A stretch of 64,000 bases of DNA from an uncultured Gemmatimonadales bacterium (GCA_963823035.1 CAWGKG010000010.1:320001-384000); one strand, 5' to 3'. Positions 1 to 11,991 are shown, numbered from the stretch's first letter. Program-made: numbers and translations. Notes: generated by a model not told the origin, from the sequence alone.

Positions 1-246
1 TGATTGCGGAGTTGGGCTTGGAGTGGAGGCTAAGGTACGACCGACCGCGGAAAGCGGTCAAGATAGACGTCTACGGCCGCAGAGCGTCGCCGAAGCAGGA
101 CCCGGAGCAGGCGATGCGGAACGGGACTTCCTTTCCGTCCTATTCTCATCGCGCCGACGCGGAGGAGTAGGAGAAAATTGAAACGGGTCGGATGGCCAGG
201 ATCATTGTCGCGTGCGCGATTTCGGCATCCGCGCCACAAGGAAATC

Positions 247-275
247 TTGACATTTCGCCCCGGGACAGAAACATT
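247..275 (+). promoter_or_regulatory. Candidate sigma70 promoter
   Basis: TTGACA (247-252), 17 nt spacer, weak -10 AACATT, upstream of the 318 CDS. Confidence 0.4.
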
Positions 276-317
276 CGTTTACCCAATTCTGGACAGTCCC
301 CCCTCCGGAGGAAACGG

Positions 318-674
318 GTGGCAAGACACAATCGCGAGGGTCGTGGAGCGGACCAGCGCGGCTTCGAATACGGCGTGAACTACCAACCGGATTGGCTCAA
401 GCAAGTCAAGGTGACGCGGCAGCTCGAGACGGGACGGCAATCGACCAAGACGCTGTTCCGGAATCCAGCCGACGCGCCCGAGGCGGAGCCCGGGGAACGT
501 GTGCGGACGCGCATCATTTCCCGCGACCAGAGGCTCGACTTCGAACTGGCCCTCACGGACCCCCGCTCGGCGGTGCGTAGCATCCGCGTGTGCTACACCC
601 TCCCCGGTGACAACGGCCGCGTCGAGGAGGTGGAGTTCACCCTCGAGTCGGAGACTCCCCTCGACCGCGGCTGA
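318..674 (+). CDS. Hypothetical protein (118 aa)
   Basis: GGAGG RBS then GTG at 318 inside ORF 192..674; globular-looking sequence; followed by terminator. Confidence 0.7.
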   Translation: MARHNREGRGADQRGFEYGVNYQPDWLKQVKVTRQLETGRQSTKTLFRNPADAPEAEPGERVRTRIISRDQRLDFELALTDPRSAVRSIRVCYTLPGDNGRVEEVEFTLESETPLDRG

Positions 675-718
675 TCCCTGCCGCGGCGCGCCGGAGGCGA
701 CCACACCGGCGCGCCCCC

Positions 719-752
719 GGGGCCCTTCGGCGATGGCCCGAGGGGCCCTTTT
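719..752 (+). terminator. Rho-independent terminator
   Basis: GGGCCCTTCGG...CCGAGGGGCCC hairpin followed by TTTT. Confidence 0.7.
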
Positions 753-792
753 CCTTTGGGGCCGTGGGACCGATCCTGCTATCTTGGGAGCC

Positions 793-1575
793 ATGCGCGT
801 CTCCTTGACCGGCCCGATCCAGGCGGTGGGCCGTGCCTCCATGTCGTCCGTCGCCACCGTCGGGCGTGCCGGATTCCTCGCTCTGGGTGCGCTGCGCGCG
901 CTCCGGAAGGTGGAGATCTGGGCGCCCAACGTGCTGACGCAGATGGCGCGAATCGGGGTGGATTCCGTCCCGATCGCCCTCTTCATCGCGACGTTCACCG
1001 GCGTCGTGCTCGCGCTGCAATCCTCCTACACGTTCACCGGCGCCATCCCGCTCTACTTCGTGGGCACGCTCGTGGGCAAGACGATGGTGCTCGAGCTGGG
1101 ACCGGTCCTCACGGGCTTGGCGCTGTCGGGGCGGGTGGGCGCGAACATCGCGGCCGAGATCGGCACCATGCGCATCACGGAACAGGTCGACGCGCTGGAG
1201 ACGCTGGCCTACGACCCGAACGCGTATCTGGTCGTGCCCCGCGTCATCGCGGGTGCCCTCATGTTCCCGGTGGTCGTGGTGCTGGCCAACGGCATCGGCA
1301 TCGTGTCCGGGTGGATCACGTCGCTGTACCTCCTGGACATGTCGTCGGTCGAGTTCCTGAAGGGGCTGCGGCTGTTCTTCAGGAGCTGGGACGTCTGGTT
1401 CTCCGTCATCAAGTCGTTCACGTTCGGGATCACGGTCACGTCGGTGGGCTGCTTCTTCGGGATGCACACCACGGGCGGCGCCGAGGGCGTCGGCCGCTCC
1501 ACGACGCACGCGGTGGTCGCGGCCAGCATGATCATCCTGGTCCTCGACGCGTTCCTCGCGGCGGTGCTGCTGTGA
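793..1575 (+). CDS. mlaE: MlaE-family lipid ABC transporter permease
   Basis: ELGPVLTGLALSGRVGANIAAEIGTMRITEQVDALETL and GGAEGVGRSTT motifs. Confidence 0.93.
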   Translation: MRVSLTGPIQAVGRASMSSVATVGRAGFLALGALRALRKVEIWAPNVLTQMARIGVDSVPIALFIATFTGVVLALQSSYTFTGAIPLYFVGTLVGKTMVLELGPVLTGLALSGRVGANIAAEIGTMRITEQVDALETLAYDPNAYLVVPRVIAGALMFPVVVVLANGIGIVSGWITSLYLLDMSSVEFLKGLRLFFRSWDVWFSVIKSFTFGITVTSVGCFFGMHTTGGAEGVGRSTTHAVVAASMIILVLDAFLAAVLL

Positions 1576-2321
1576 GCATCGAGCTGACCGACCTCCACAA
1601 GGCGTTCGGACCGAAGGAGGTCCTGAAGGGATTCACGCTCGACGTGCGCGAAGGGGAGACGCTCTCCGTCATCGGCGGGTCCGGCTCCGGGAAGTCCGTG
1701 GCGCTGAAGCACGTCGTGGGGTTGCTCCAACCGGACAGCGGCGAGGTGCGCGTGGACGGAGTGGACGTCGTCGGGTTGCCGCAGCAGGAGCTTTACGAGC
1801 TGCGGCGCCGCGTCGGCTACGTCTTCCAGTTCGCGGCGCTCTTCGACTCGATGACCGTGGCGGAGAACGTGGGGATGGGTCTGAAGCGCATCCCGAACAT
1901 GACCGCCGCGAAGATCCGGGAGCGGGTGGCCGAGTGCCTCGCGCTCGTGGATCTGGACGGATACGAGGAGCGGTTTCCGGCCGAGCTGTCGGGGGGCCAG
2001 CGGAAGAGGGCGGGGCTGGCACGGGCGATCGCCACGAAGCCGAAGTACCTCCTCTACGACGAGCCGACCACCGGGCTGGACCCGGTGACCACCTCCGTGA
2101 TCGACTCCCTCATCCAGCGGATGCGCGCGGAGTTGAACGTCACCGGCGTCGTGATCACGCACGACATGCAGAGCGCGTTCAGGATTTCGGATCGGATCGC
2201 CATGCTCTACGATGGACGGATCCGCTTCCATGGCACGCCGGATGAGGTGCGAGGCACCGACGACCGCGTGGTGCGAGCGTTCATCGAGGGGAGGCCGGAC
2301 CTCCTGGAGGCCGTTTCGTGA
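1572..2321 (+). CDS. mlaF: MlaF-family ABC ATP-binding protein
   Basis: GGSGSGKS Walker A, LSGGQRKR, YDEPTTGLDP; GTGA overlap with mlaE. Confidence 0.93.
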   Translation: MSIELTDLHKAFGPKEVLKGFTLDVREGETLSVIGGSGSGKSVALKHVVGLLQPDSGEVRVDGVDVVGLPQQELYELRRRVGYVFQFAALFDSMTVAENVGMGLKRIPNMTAAKIRERVAECLALVDLDGYEERFPAELSGGQRKRAGLARAIATKPKYLLYDEPTTGLDPVTTSVIDSLIQRMRAELNVTGVVITHDMQSAFRISDRIAMLYDGRIRFHGTPDEVRGTDDRVVRAFIEGRPDLLEAVS

Positions 2322-3328
2322 ATCGAGCACGCGAGTTGCTGGTGGGGGTGGTGATCATCCTCGCTGTGGCGGTGGGCGTCGTGGGCACCCTCTGGCTGAA
2401 GCGGACGAACTGGGGTCGACTCCCGACCCCCGTGGAGGTGCTCGTGCGTGACGTGGCCCAGCTCTCACCGGGCAACCCGGTGAAGCTGCGCGGGGTGCGC
2501 ATCGGGCAGGTGGGGGACATCGAGGTGGAGCCCGACGGGCAGGCGGTGAGGATCCGTCTCGAGCTCCAGTCCCCGGTGGCGATCCCGCCGAACGCGGTGG
2601 TGCTGCTGGCGCCGGAGTCGTTCTTCGGGGAATGGCAGGCCGAGATCGTCCCACGCGACCAGTACCCGGGCTTCGACTTCTTCGACCCGGGGGACGCGAA
2701 GGCCGCCGACGGCGAGACGCGGGTCCTCGGCGGCTACGCGCTTCCCGAGCTGTCCCGCCTGACGGCGTCCGCCGAGCAGATCTCGGCGAACGTGGCCCAG
2801 CTCTCCGAGCGCCTGGAGATCGCCTTCAACGACGAGACGGCGAACAACCTCGCCCAGGCGATCACCGACATCGCCGCGATCAGCCAGCAGGTGCGCGAGC
2901 TGGTCAACACGCAGTCGGCGATCGCCGGAAACCTCACGACCAGCGCCGACAGCGCGCTGCAGCAGATCGAGGAGGCCTCCCGGGCCGCACGCCGCTCGTT
3001 CCAGCGGATGGAGGGGCTCCTCGGCGACGCCCAGATCGACAGCATCGTGACGAACGTGCGCTTGGCGACATCGAGCATCCAGGAGCTTTCGGCCAACCTC
3101 TCGGGCGCTTCCGGGGGGATGAGCAAGACGATGGAGCAGGCGGACTCGGCGTTCGGGCGCCTGGACCGGCTCACGGCGCGCGTGGAGTCGGGGGAGGGCA
3201 CGATCGGACGCCTGTTCGTGGACTCGACGCTGGCCCTGCGTACGGAGGACGTGCTGCAGCAACTCAACCTCCTCCTGCAGGATCTCCGGGAGAATCCCCG
3301 GCGCTACGTACGCCTTTCGATCTTCTGA
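2318..3328 (+). CDS. mlaD: MlaD/MCE-family protein
   Basis: N-terminal TM, LSPGNPVKLRGVRIGQV MCE motif, long helical C-terminus. Confidence 0.9.
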   Translation: MNRARELLVGVVIILAVAVGVVGTLWLKRTNWGRLPTPVEVLVRDVAQLSPGNPVKLRGVRIGQVGDIEVEPDGQAVRIRLELQSPVAIPPNAVVLLAPESFFGEWQAEIVPRDQYPGFDFFDPGDAKAADGETRVLGGYALPELSRLTASAEQISANVAQLSERLEIAFNDETANNLAQAITDIAAISQQVRELVNTQSAIAGNLTTSADSALQQIEEASRAARRSFQRMEGLLGDAQIDSIVTNVRLATSSIQELSANLSGASGGMSKTMEQADSAFGRLDRLTARVESGEGTIGRLFVDSTLALRTEDVLQQLNLLLQDLRENPRRYVRLSIF

Positions 3329-3335
3329 CGGGCGG

Positions 3336-3839
3336 ATGGCGAAGCGGGGCGGGGCCCGGATCGAGAGGAGCGCCGGCGGCGTCGTGGTGCGTGCGCTGGA
3401 CGGCGTTCCCCACGTGCTCGTCATCCGGGATCCGTACCAGAACTGGGGCCTTCCCAAAGGGCACCTCGAGGACGGGGAGGGCTCGGGGGAGGCCGCGATG
3501 CGCGAGGTCGGCGAGGAGACGGGCCTCGTCGACCTGGTGCTGGGACCGGAGCTGGCGACGATCGACTGGTACTTCCGCGCCGGCGGCAAGCTGATCCACA
3601 AGTTCTGCGCCTTCTACCTCATGCGCTCCCCCACGGGGGACCCCGTCCCCGAGGCCGAAGAGGGGATCACCGAGTGCGTGTGGCTCACGCTCGACGAAGC
3701 CGAGGCGCGGATCTCGTACGACAACGCGCGGGAGGTGGTGAAGGTGGCGCGCGAGATGCTCGCCAGGGACGGGAGACGGCGTGAGCGCAGCGCACGCTCC
3801 TCGAGCTGTCATCTCGGGGAGACGCCGGCCGGGTCCTGA
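3336..3839 (+). CDS. NUDIX hydrolase
   Basis: Nudix box GHLEDGEGSGEAAMREVGEETG. Confidence 0.9.
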   Translation: MAKRGGARIERSAGGVVVRALDGVPHVLVIRDPYQNWGLPKGHLEDGEGSGEAAMREVGEETGLVDLVLGPELATIDWYFRAGGKLIHKFCAFYLMRSPTGDPVPEAEEGITECVWLTLDEAEARISYDNAREVVKVAREMLARDGRRRERSARSSSCHLGETPAGS

Positions 3840-3941
3840 ACGCGAGACGGACGGCCCCGTCCGGGCCGTTTGCCCCCTACGCGCGCAGGGTTACACTTGT
3901 GCGACCTCCCCGCCTCACGTGCACGCTTCCCCAGGATCCCG

Positions 3942-4951
3942 ATGCCGAACGACGTCCGGGACATCACGATCATCGGCGGGGGCCCGACCGGGCTCTTCGC
4001 CGCCTTCTACGGCGGGATGCGCGGGCGCTCCACCCGCATCATCGACTCGCTCCCCGAGCTCGGCGGCCAGCTCACGGCGCTCTATCCGGAGAAGGATGTC
4101 TTCGACGTGGGCGGGTTCCCCAGGATCCTGGCCAAGGACCTGGCGCGGAACCTCGTCGAGCAGGCGCTGCAGTTCGAGCCCGAGGTGATCCTCGACGAGC
4201 AGGTGCGGGAGGTGCGTTGGGAGGGCGGCCACTTCTCCCTGCGCACGAAGACCGACGTCTACCTGTCGAAGTCCATCGTGGTGGCGGGAGGGAAGGGGGC
4301 CTTCGAGCCGATGCGCCTCGAGGTGCCCGGGCTACGACAACTTCCTGCACGCGCGGGGTCGAGTACGCCGTGAGAAACCCCGAGGTGTACAAGGGGAAGC
4401 GCGCGATGATCGTGGGCGGCGGGGACTCCGCGCTGGACTGGGTGCTGATCCTGAAGGACGTGGCGGAGCACACCACGCTCGTGCATCGCCGGGACGGTTG
4501 GCGGGCGCACCAGGCGACCGTGGCACGCATGGAGTCCGCCGTGTCCGCGGGCGAGATCGAGCTGCGTACCTTCCACGAGGTGCGTGAGATCCATGGCTCG
4601 GACCACGTCGAGGGCGTCACGGTCTTCGACAACCGCACCGACGAGGACGTGCTGCTGCCCTGCGACGTCGTGCTCACCTGCCTCGGGTTCAAGCCGGACC
4701 TCGGGCCGATCGCCGAGTGGGGCATCGCGGTGGAGAAGAACCGCGTGAAGGTGAACAGCTTGATGGAGACGAGCGTGCCGGGCATCTACGCCGCCGGCGA
4801 CCTCGTCGACTACGAGGGGAAACTCGACCTCATCGCCACGGGTTTCGCAGAGGCGGCGATCGCCGTGAACAACGCGGTCCACTTCGTGGATCCTTCGGCG
4901 CGGGTCAATCCGGGCCATTCCACGAGCATGAAGGTCTTCAAAGACAAGTAG
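3942..4951 (+). CDS. TrxB-type ferredoxin/flavodoxin-NADP+ reductase (apparent indels ~4330-4355)
   Basis: [39 protein letters not shown]-terminal PGHST; no CXXC; joined from ORFs 3870 and 3899. Confidence 0.85.
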
Positions 4952-4967
4952 GAAGAGGAATCCAACC

Positions 4968-5975
4968 ATGGCTGACAACACGGCTCGCGAGCGCGAGCAG
5001 GTCGTGATCATCGGGTCCGGCCCCGCGGGCTGGACCGCCGCGATCTACGCGGCGCGCGCCCAACTCGAGCCGCTCGTGTTCGAGGGCGCCGGTAGCCGGA
5101 CGATGATCCCCGGTGGGCAGCTGATGTTCACCACCGAGGTCGAGAACTACCCGGGCTTCCGCGAGGGCGTGACCGGGCAGGATCTGATGATGGAGATGCG
5201 TGCCCAGGCCGAGCGCTTCGGCACCCGCATCCTCACCGAGGACATCGTGGACGTCGACTTCGAGCAGCGGCCCTTCGTGCTCAAGTCGAGCCGCGGCAAG
5301 GAGGTGCGCGCCGACACGGTGATCCTCGCCACCGGCGCGAACGCGAAGTGGATCGGGCTGGACAACGAGGAGCGGCTGGCGCAGTCGGGCGGCGGCGTGA
5401 GCGCCTGCGCGGTGTGCGACGGGGCGCTGCCGCACTTCCGCAACCAGGTGCTGGCCGTGGTGGGCGGAGGCGACTCCGCCATGGAGGACGCCCTCTACCT
5501 GACCAAGTTCGCCAAGGAGGTGGTGGTCGTGCACCGGCGCGACGAGTTCCGCGCGTCGAAGATCATGGCCGAGCGCGCGCTCTCGGACCCGAAGATCCGG
5601 GTCGCCTGGAACAAGGTGGTGACCGAGGTCCTCGGCGACGACGTGATCACCGGGCTGCGCCTGCAGGACACGGTGACGGGCGAGGAGAGCGAGCTCGAGG
5701 TCGCCGGGCTCTTCGTGGCGATCGGCCACGAGCCCAACACGGCCTTCCTGAAGGGGAAGGTGGCGCTCAAGCCCAACGGCTACATCGAGATGCCGGTGCC
5801 ATGGCGCACGAACACCTCGGTGCCCGGCGTCTTCGCCTGCGGCGACGTCATGGACGACTACTACCGCCAGGCGGTCTCGGCGGCCGGCACCGGGTGCATG
5901 GCCGCGCTCGACGCCGAGCGCTGGCTCGCGCACGGCGGCTCCGAGGTCCCGGAAGAGGCGGTGGCGGCGGGCTGA
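4968..5975 (+). CDS. trxB: Thioredoxin-disulfide reductase
   Basis: [32 protein letters not shown] redox motif, [19 protein letters not shown]. Confidence 0.95.
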   Translation: MADNTAREREQVVIIGSGPAGWTAAIYAARAQLEPLVFEGAGSRTMIPGGQLMFTTEVENYPGFREGVTGQDLMMEMRAQAERFGTRILTEDIVDVDFEQRPFVLKSSRGKEVRADTVILATGANAKWIGLDNEERLAQSGGGVSACAVCDGALPHFRNQVLAVVGGGDSAMEDALYLTKFAKEVVVVHRRDEFRASKIMAERALSDPKIRVAWNKVVTEVLGDDVITGLRLQDTVTGEESELEVAGLFVAIGHEPNTAFLKGKVALKPNGYIEMPVPWRTNTSVPGVFACGDVMDDYYRQAVSAAGTGCMAALDAERWLAHGGSEVPEEAVAAG

Positions 5976-6016
5976 CCCGCCGCACCGTGCGTGGCCGGCG
6001 GCCCGGTGCCGCGCGC

Positions 6017-6780
6017 TCAGACGGCGTCGTTCCGGGTCGTCGCCGAGCCGAGCAGGCGGCCTCCGTCCACCGCGAGGATCTGGCCGGTCACGTAGGGTGC
6101 GTCGGCCAGGTAGAGCACGGCGCGCACCACGTCCTCCGGCGCGCCCAGCGCCTGGAGGGGTGCGCGCCGGCGCAGCTCCTCGAGCCGGTCCTCGCGGGTA
6201 GTCGTCCGGCGGGAGGCACCGCCCCCGGGGCGATCGCGTTCACGCGCACCTCGGGCGCCATCGCCCGCGCCTGGACGCGCGTCAGATGCGCGAGCGCGGC
6301 CTTGGAGACGGCGTGGACCGGGTACTCCCGCCACGGCTGGAAGGCCGAGAGGTCGACGATGTTCACGACCGCCCCGCGAGCGGCCCGGAGCATGTCGGCG
6401 GCCTCGCGCACGAGCAGGTGCGGTGCCCGCACGTTCACGTCCATGATGCGGTCCCACCCGTCCGCGTCGGCGTCCGCGAGCGACAGCGTCTCGAAGCCGG
6501 CGGCGCTGTTCACCAGCAGGTCGAGCCGGCCGAACGCCTCCCGCACCGCCGCGATGATGGCCCGCGGCGCGTCGGGCTCCGCGAGGTCGCCCCGCACGGT
6601 CGCGGACGTGCGCCCCAGCCCGCGGATCCGTTCGGACACTGCCAAGGCCGGCGCTTCCGAAGCCCGGTAGTGCACCGCGACGTCGAAGCCGGCCTCGGCG
6701 AGACCCAGCGAAAGGGCGCGCCCGAGGCGGATAGCGCCGCCCGTGACCAGGGCCACACGTTGAAATCCGTGCGCATTCAT
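6017..6780 (-). CDS. SDR oxidoreductase, pteridine reductase/FolM-like (apparent indel ~6200)
   Basis: LVTGGAIRLG, NIVD, VRVNAIAPG, YVTGQILAVDGG; joined from two frames. Confidence 0.8.
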
Positions 6781-6852
6781 GGGACACTGATAAGCTCGGC
6801 TCGCGTCGGTGGGCCAGAGTGAGGCCCATATCGCAAGCCAGAAAGGGAGGTC

Positions 6853-7578
6853 GTGATGCCGGATCTGACCGGCAAGGTCGCCATCGTCACCGGGAGCACC
6901 AAGGGGATCGGACTCGCCGTCGCGGAGCACCTGGTGCGCGCGGGCGCATCGGTCGTGGTGACGTCCCGGACCGCCGCCGACGTCCGTGAGACGGCCGAGC
7001 GGCTGGCTCCCTACGCCGAGGGCGAGGTCCTGGGCATCGCCTGCGACGTGCGCGATCCGGAGGCGTGCGCCGCGCTGGTCGAGGAGACGGTGTCGCGGCT
7101 CGGGCGTCTCGACATCCTCGTGAACAACGCGGGGCTCGGCGTCTTCAAGTCGATCACCGAGATGAGCGTCGACGAGTGGCGCGTCCAGATCGACACGAAC
7201 CTCGGCGGGGTGTTCTACTGCTCGAAGGCGGCGATCCCGCACCTGAGCGCCACGGGCGACGGCTTCATCGTCAACATCGGCTCGCTCGCCGGCCGCAACA
7301 CCTTCGCCGGCGGCACGGGCTACAACGCCAGCAAGTTCGGTCTCGTGGGGATGACCGAGGCGATGATGCTCGACGTCCGCCACGACGACGTGCGCGTCAG
7401 CGTCATCATGCCCGGGAGCGTCAACACGTGGTTCAACGGGCGCGAGCAGGCGAGCGAGCGCGACTGGAGGCTGGAGGCCGACGACTGCGCGCTCGCGGTC
7501 CTGCAGCTGCTGGACTATCCGAAGCAGGCCCACGTGAGCCGCATCGAGATGCGGCCCTCTCAGCCCAGGAAGGGGTAG
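6853..7578 (+). CDS. SDR family oxidoreductase
   Basis: TGSTKGIG, NNAG, YNASK; AGGGAGG RBS. Confidence 0.9.
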   Translation: MMPDLTGKVAIVTGSTKGIGLAVAEHLVRAGASVVVTSRTAADVRETAERLAPYAEGEVLGIACDVRDPEACAALVEETVSRLGRLDILVNNAGLGVFKSITEMSVDEWRVQIDTNLGGVFYCSKAAIPHLSATGDGFIVNIGSLAGRNTFAGGTGYNASKFGLVGMTEAMMLDVRHDDVRVSVIMPGSVNTWFNGREQASERDWRLEADDCALAVLQLLDYPKQAHVSRIEMRPSQPRKG

Positions 7579-7591
7579 CGGGCACCGGTCG

Positions 7592-9626
7592 ATGAACACG
7601 CCGGCCCTGGCACGACATCTCCGGACGGCCTTCCAGCGCTCCACCACGTGGGGCCCCCTGACCATGGCCGTGACGGTCGGGGTCATGGCCGGTGGAGGTG
7701 CCATCGCCCTCCGCTGGATGATCGCCGAGGTCCACTGGCTCTTCTTCGAGCAGTCCGAGCGCATCCGTGAGGTGCTGCACCTGCCGGTCCCCGGGTGGCT
7801 CCTCACCCTCGCTCGCGCCCGCGCTCGGGATGCTCATCGTAGCCTACCTGACGCGCTGGTGGGCGCCCGAGGCCCGCGGCCACGGCGTACCCGAGGTGCA
7901 GTACGCCGTGCGCGTGCTGGGTGGACGCATCCGGACACGCGTCGCCTTCGCCAAGGCCGCGGCGAGCGCGATCTCGATCGGATCCGGGGGATCGCTGGGC
8001 CGCGAGGGCGCCATCGTCCAGATCGGATCGTCCCTCGGGAGCCTGCTGGGCCAGACGCTCGGTCTGGGCGCCGAGGACGTGAAGCTCCTCGTCGCCGCCG
8101 GCGCGGCGGGCGCCATCGGCGGCACCTTCAACGCGCCCATCGGCGGCGTGCTCTTCGCCCTCGAGGTCGTGCTCGGGAGCTTCGCGGCCCGTTCGTTCGG
8201 GCTGGTGGTGGTCGCCTCGGTGAGCGCCACGGCCGTCGCGCAGTCCGTGCTGGGCACGGAGCCCGCCTTCCGGCTGGTCGAGCAGTTCGAGCTCGTCAGC
8301 TACAGCGAGCTGTGGCTGTACCTCCTGCTCGGCGTCGTGACCGGCGCGATCGCGCTGCTCTACGTGCGGACGGTCTACGGTGTGGAGGACGGGTTCGACC
8401 GCTGGAAGGCGCCGATGTGGCTCAAGGCGACGACCGCCGGCCTGCTCCTGGGTGCGCTCGGCACGTGGGGCAGCTCGCACCTCTTCGGCATCGGCCACGA
8501 GGGAGTCGAGCTGGCGATGGCCGGTGGGCTGGCCACCGGGCTCATGGCCGCGCTGATCTTCATGAAGATCTTCGCCACGTCGGTGACGCTGGCGGGCGGG
8601 GGGTCCGGAGGCATCTTCGCGCCGGCGCTCTTCATCGGCGCGATGACGGGCGGGACCTTCGGGAGGATGGCCGACGCGCTCTTCCCCGCCATGACCGCGT
8701 CGCCGGGCGCCTACGCCCTCGTGGGGGCGGCGGCGGTGTTCGGCGCGGCTGCGCACGCGCCCATGACGGCGATCATCATCCTCTTCGAGATGACCGACAA
8801 CTACCGGATCATCCTGCCGCTGATGCTGTGCGTCGTGCTCGCTCAGCTCATCGCGTCGAGGCTCGACCCGGACTCGATCTACACGATCAAGCTGCGGCGC
8901 CTGGGCGGGATGGCGGGCGCCCGAAACGAGTCCGGGACGCTGGATCTCCTCGTCGTGGCCGACGCCATGAGCGAGGAGGTGCCCTCCGTGAAGGCCGACC
9001 TCCCGCTCGGCGAGTTGGCGAAGCGGGCGCGCGACGAGCACGCGCGCAGCTGGCTGGTGCTGGGCGACGAAGGCGAGCTCCGGGGGATCGTGGCGGTGAC
9101 CGACCTGGAGCGCGCGCTGATGGAGGGCGGCCTGGGCGACCGGACGGTCGCGGACGTGATGACGACGGCGGTCGTGACCTGCGAGCCGGGAGAGACGCTG
9201 CGCCACGCGTTCCGGCGCTTCGCCGACCACAACGTCTACCAGTTCCCCGTGATGGATCCCGAGGAGCCGGACAGCGTGCAGGGGGTGCTGTGCCGCCGGG
9301 AGATGATGTGGGCGTACAAGGAGCTGTCGGACGAGCACCAGAGACTCGTCGAGCGCACCGATGCTCTGCCGACGGAGCGGCGTTTCGAGACGATCCACGT
9401 GGAGATGGAGGTGACCTCCGCGCATCCGGCGATCACCTACCAGCGTATCCGCGACATCAAGGTGCCCGAGCACTCCCTCATCGCGCTGCTCCGTCGCGGC
9501 GAGCGCGTCGTGGTGCCACGGGGCTTCACACGGGTCGAGCCGGGCGACGTGCTCACGCTCATCACCACGCGCGAGCACGAGCGGTCGCTGCGATCGTGGA
9601 TCGCCTCCGGTGCCTACCTCTCCTGA
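7592..9626 (+). CDS. ClC chloride channel/transporter with CBS pair and TrkA-C domain (apparent indel ~7815)
   Basis: GHGVPE, GREGA, FNAPIGG, GGIFAP, SIY motifs; CBS and PRGFTRVEPGD C-terminus. Confidence 0.9.
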
Positions 9627-9734
9627 GCGGGGCGCCGCCTTTACCCGCCTCGCCGTGCCCCTAGATTCCAGAAAACGGACCGGCGAGCGCAGCTTCCGCG
9701 CCGGTCGTCCGACCCCTCAGAGACGAGCCTCTCC

Positions 9735-11122
9735 ATGGCTGACGGATACCGGATCGAAAAGGACTCGCTGGGCGAGATGAAGGTGCCCGAGGCGGCCCTG
9801 TACGGCGCCCAGACCCAGCGCGCGTTCGAGAACTTCCCCATCAGCGGCCAGCGCTTCGGCCGGCGCTTCATCGAGGCGCTGGGCACGATCAAGAAGGCCG
9901 CCGCGCTCGTGAACGCCGACATGGGCGGCGTCGACGCGTCGATCGCGGAGGCGATCGTCGCCGCGGCCACCGAGGTGGTGGCGGGGAAATGGGACGACCA
10001 GTTCGTCCTCGACGTCTACCAGACCGGGTCGGGGACGTCCACGAACATGAACGCCAACGAGGTGATCGCGCACCGCGCGACGCAGATCCTCGGCTCCAAG
10101 GTCCATCCCAACGACCACGTGAACTTCGCGCAGTCGTCGAACGACGTGATCCCGACGGCGATCCACGTGGCGGCGCGCGTCGCGATCGAGAAGGAGCTCG
10201 TCCCGGGGCTCGACCACCTTCGGGCCGCGCTCGCCGACAAGGCGAAGGCGTTCGACGGGATCGTGAAGTCCGGCCGCACCCACCTGATGGACGCGACGCC
10301 GGTGCGGCTCGGCCAGGAGTTCGGCGGCTACGCCACCCAGGTCGCCAAGGGCATCGAGCGTGCGCGCCGGGCCTCCGAGGAGCTGTCCGAGCTGGCGCTG
10401 GGCGGGACCGCGACGGGCACCGGGATCAACACCGACCCGGCCTTCCCGGGGCGGACGATCGCGAAGATCTCCGAGCTGCACGGGCATCGACTTCCGCGAG
10501 GCCGACGACCACTTCGAGGCGCAGGCCGCGAAGGACGCGGCCGTGAGCGCGTCGGGCGCGCTCAACGCGATCGCCACCGGGCTCATGAAGATCGCGGACG
10601 ACATCCGGTGGCTGGGGAGCGGGCCGACCTCGGGGATCCACGAGATCAAGCTACCGGCGATCCAGCCCGGCTCGTCGATCATGCCGGGGAAGGTGAACCC
10701 GGTCATGTCCGAGGCGCTGATGATGGTCGCCGCCCGCGTCATGGGGAACCACACGACCGTGACCATCGCGGGGAGCCGCGGCAACTTCGAGCTCAACGTC
10801 ATGATGCCGGTGCTGGCGCAGGCGCTGCTCGAGTCGATCACGCTGCTCGGCCAACGCCGCGCGGGCGTTCGCCGACAACTGCGTGGTGGGCATCGAGGCG
10901 AACGAGGCGCGCTGCCGGGAGCTGCTCGAGCTCAACCCGTCGATCGCGACGGCGCTGAACCCGTACATCGGCTACGACCAGGCGGCGGTCGTGGCGAAGG
11001 CGGCCGCCAAGGAGCACCGGAGCGTGCGGGAGATCGTCCTGCGGGAGAAGCTGCTTCCCGAGGAGAAGATCGACGAGGCGCTCGACGTGCGCGGCATGAC
11101 CGAGCCTGGACTGCCGCGCTGA
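9735..11122 (+). CDS. fumC: Class II fumarate hydratase (apparent indels ~10480, ~10850)
   Basis: [43 protein letters not shown] signature across three frames. Confidence 0.92.
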
Positions 11123-11143
11123 CGCCATCTCCCGGCGACGATT

Positions 11144-11176
11144 CGAGGGGGTCGGCCGTTGCGGCCGACCCCCTCG
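11144..11176. terminator. Hairpin terminator between convergent genes
   Basis: 15-bp perfect inverted repeat CGAGGGGGTCGGCCG-ttg-CGGCCGACCCCCTCG. Confidence 0.75.
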
Positions 11177-11219
11177 TCCCTCCGCCAGCACCCGCGCTGC
11201 GTCCAGCAGCCTGCTCGGG

Positions 11220-11991
11220 TCAGTACAGGATGGCGAACGGCTGGAGTCGGGTCGTCGCGGCCCGCGCCATGAACTGCGTCGTGTAGGCGCGAATCTGCCG
11301 GCCGCCGCCGTACACCTCGACCATGTAGAGCTCGTAGGGCCGCATCACGTTCAGGTAGTCGAGCCCGCCGATCACGGGAGCCTCGTCGATCCACACGGAG
11401 GGCTCGATGGCCCGTCCGCGCACGATGAGGCAGTTGCTGCTCCACCGGCCCCGGCAGGGCACACGCGGGAATCCCGCCGCGGGTCGTCACGAAGTCCAGG
11501 ACGCTCTGCTGCGGTGACGACGCCAGCGCGCCGCGGTCGAACCAGCGCACGCTCGTGGGCACGGCCCGCCGCCGCGATTCGAAGCGGTCGGTCACGACGT
11601 GCAGCCCCTCCAGGAGCACCGGGCGGGGCGTCATCCGCAGGGTGAGCGCCTGGTCGGGCGAGACGGGTCCTTCCCAGCGGAGCGTGTCGTAGCCGAGCTG
11701 CTCCACGGTCAGGGCGGCCCGACCGGCGGCGACGTGCGCAATCCGGAATCGGCCCGCCTCGTCCGTGAGCGAGCCCCATTCCGAGCCATCGAGGGCGACG
11801 AACGCCCCGGCGAGCGGTCGCCCGCCTTCCCCGACGACCGTGCCCGACAGGTCGAACGAGCTGTCGACCTCCTGGGCGAAGGCGCTCCCGGTCAGGAGCG
11901 CTACCGCGACGAACGCCAGGCTCACCCATAGCACCAACGGCTTGAACGCCTGCCAATGCGGCGGCATCGGCGTATTCCACATCCTCTTCAT
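11220..11991 (-). CDS. Secreted carboxypeptidase-regulatory-like domain protein with plug-like C-terminus (apparent indel ~11462)
   Basis: Signal peptide ending [13 protein letters not shown]...TDEAGRFRI...LGY fold pattern; C-terminal VWID...VEVY in ORF 11220..11462. Confidence 0.7.

Noticed and set aside
30..149. Short minus-strand ORF as a leader peptide
   Set aside because: No recognisable motif and the downstream gene is outside the window
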